Shown here: positions 63,541 to 64,000 of the stretch, piece by piece | Numbering within the stretch: the stretch's first letter is position 1 | How the letters are laid out: every line of letters starts with the position of its first letter | From: Chara braunii | Lineage: Eukaryota > Plantae > Charophyceae | Direction: 5' to 3' | Assembly: GCA_003427395.1 (NCBI GenBank) | Contig: BFEA01000023.1 | Span: 5,676,945 to 5,740,944 of the forward strand | Length of the DNA: 64,000 nucleotides | Notes under the pieces: model-generated | What the model was told of the DNA's origin: nothing | What the model saw: only the letters and a program-made list of their open reading frames with translations | Databases searched by the model: none | Made by a program: the position numbers and the translations under genes

Positions 63541-64000
63541 AGAGTGTGAAGCCCAACCTCACGCCCAGCGCGACTTCCTGATCGGAGTGGGATATGGGCC
63601 TGGAAGTGCGAAAAGGGGTGTGCCAAGGATTTTTGGGGAAGTGGGGGAGTCTTAAGGGTATGAATGCAATTGGGCGAATGAGGGGTGCGCGCGCAAGGGT
63701 CTCACAGTCCAAAGGGGCCGGGACACTGTGGGCGACGGGTTACGGGAAAATCCCTCTGTGGTGGAGATGGTCCCGAAAAGTTGGGCCGTCGGGGGCCGCC
63801 ACGTACCTGGGTTGGGCCTTCGAAATTCCGGAGTTCTNTGTTCGCCGCTACGTCGGCAGTTCACGCAAAACGTATTGGGCCGATAGGGGGCTATGGCCGG
63901 CCACGGAACAACACTGAGTTGATGATACGAGAGAAGAAGGCGGAAAGGAGGGAAACTGGTGGTGATGACAACAAATCCCGGGTGGGTGAAGTAGTAGGTG

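Overview
Eukaryotic nuclear DNA, rich in repeats and microsatellites, with several N gaps. It is probably from a streptophyte alga of the Chara/Characeae type. That is an inference from the gypsy, L1 and Penelope protein motifs, a plant-type U2 5' end and a ccmFC fragment. One host gene is recognisable: a twin-CX9C CHCH mitochondrial protein (CHCHD2/Mix17/At12Cys family) on the minus strand, with four coding exons across about 18 kb (58643 to 40335) and TE-filled introns. The rest comprises a decayed ~14 kb Ty3/gypsy chromovirus (LTRs, iMet PBS, gag, pol) carrying a mitochondrial ccmFC insert, several L1-clade LINE fragments, Penelope-like RT remnants, two 3'-truncated U2 snRNA retrocopies, tRNA-Lys-like SINE heads, MITE/foldback elements, long palindromes and tandem repeats. 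The most notable signal is a high density of hammerhead-ribozyme-related sequence. (i) Two families of ~100-nt type III hammerhead mini-elements sit in (TA)n or (CA/GA)n microsatellites, often begin just downstream of the predicted cleavage site, and include a 98-bp tandem dimer. (ii) An 8-copy structured repeat reads as a non-canonical type I hammerhead with core insertions on one strand and as a covarying hairpin plus H-type pseudoknot on the other. All alignments and folds were done by eye; none were computed.
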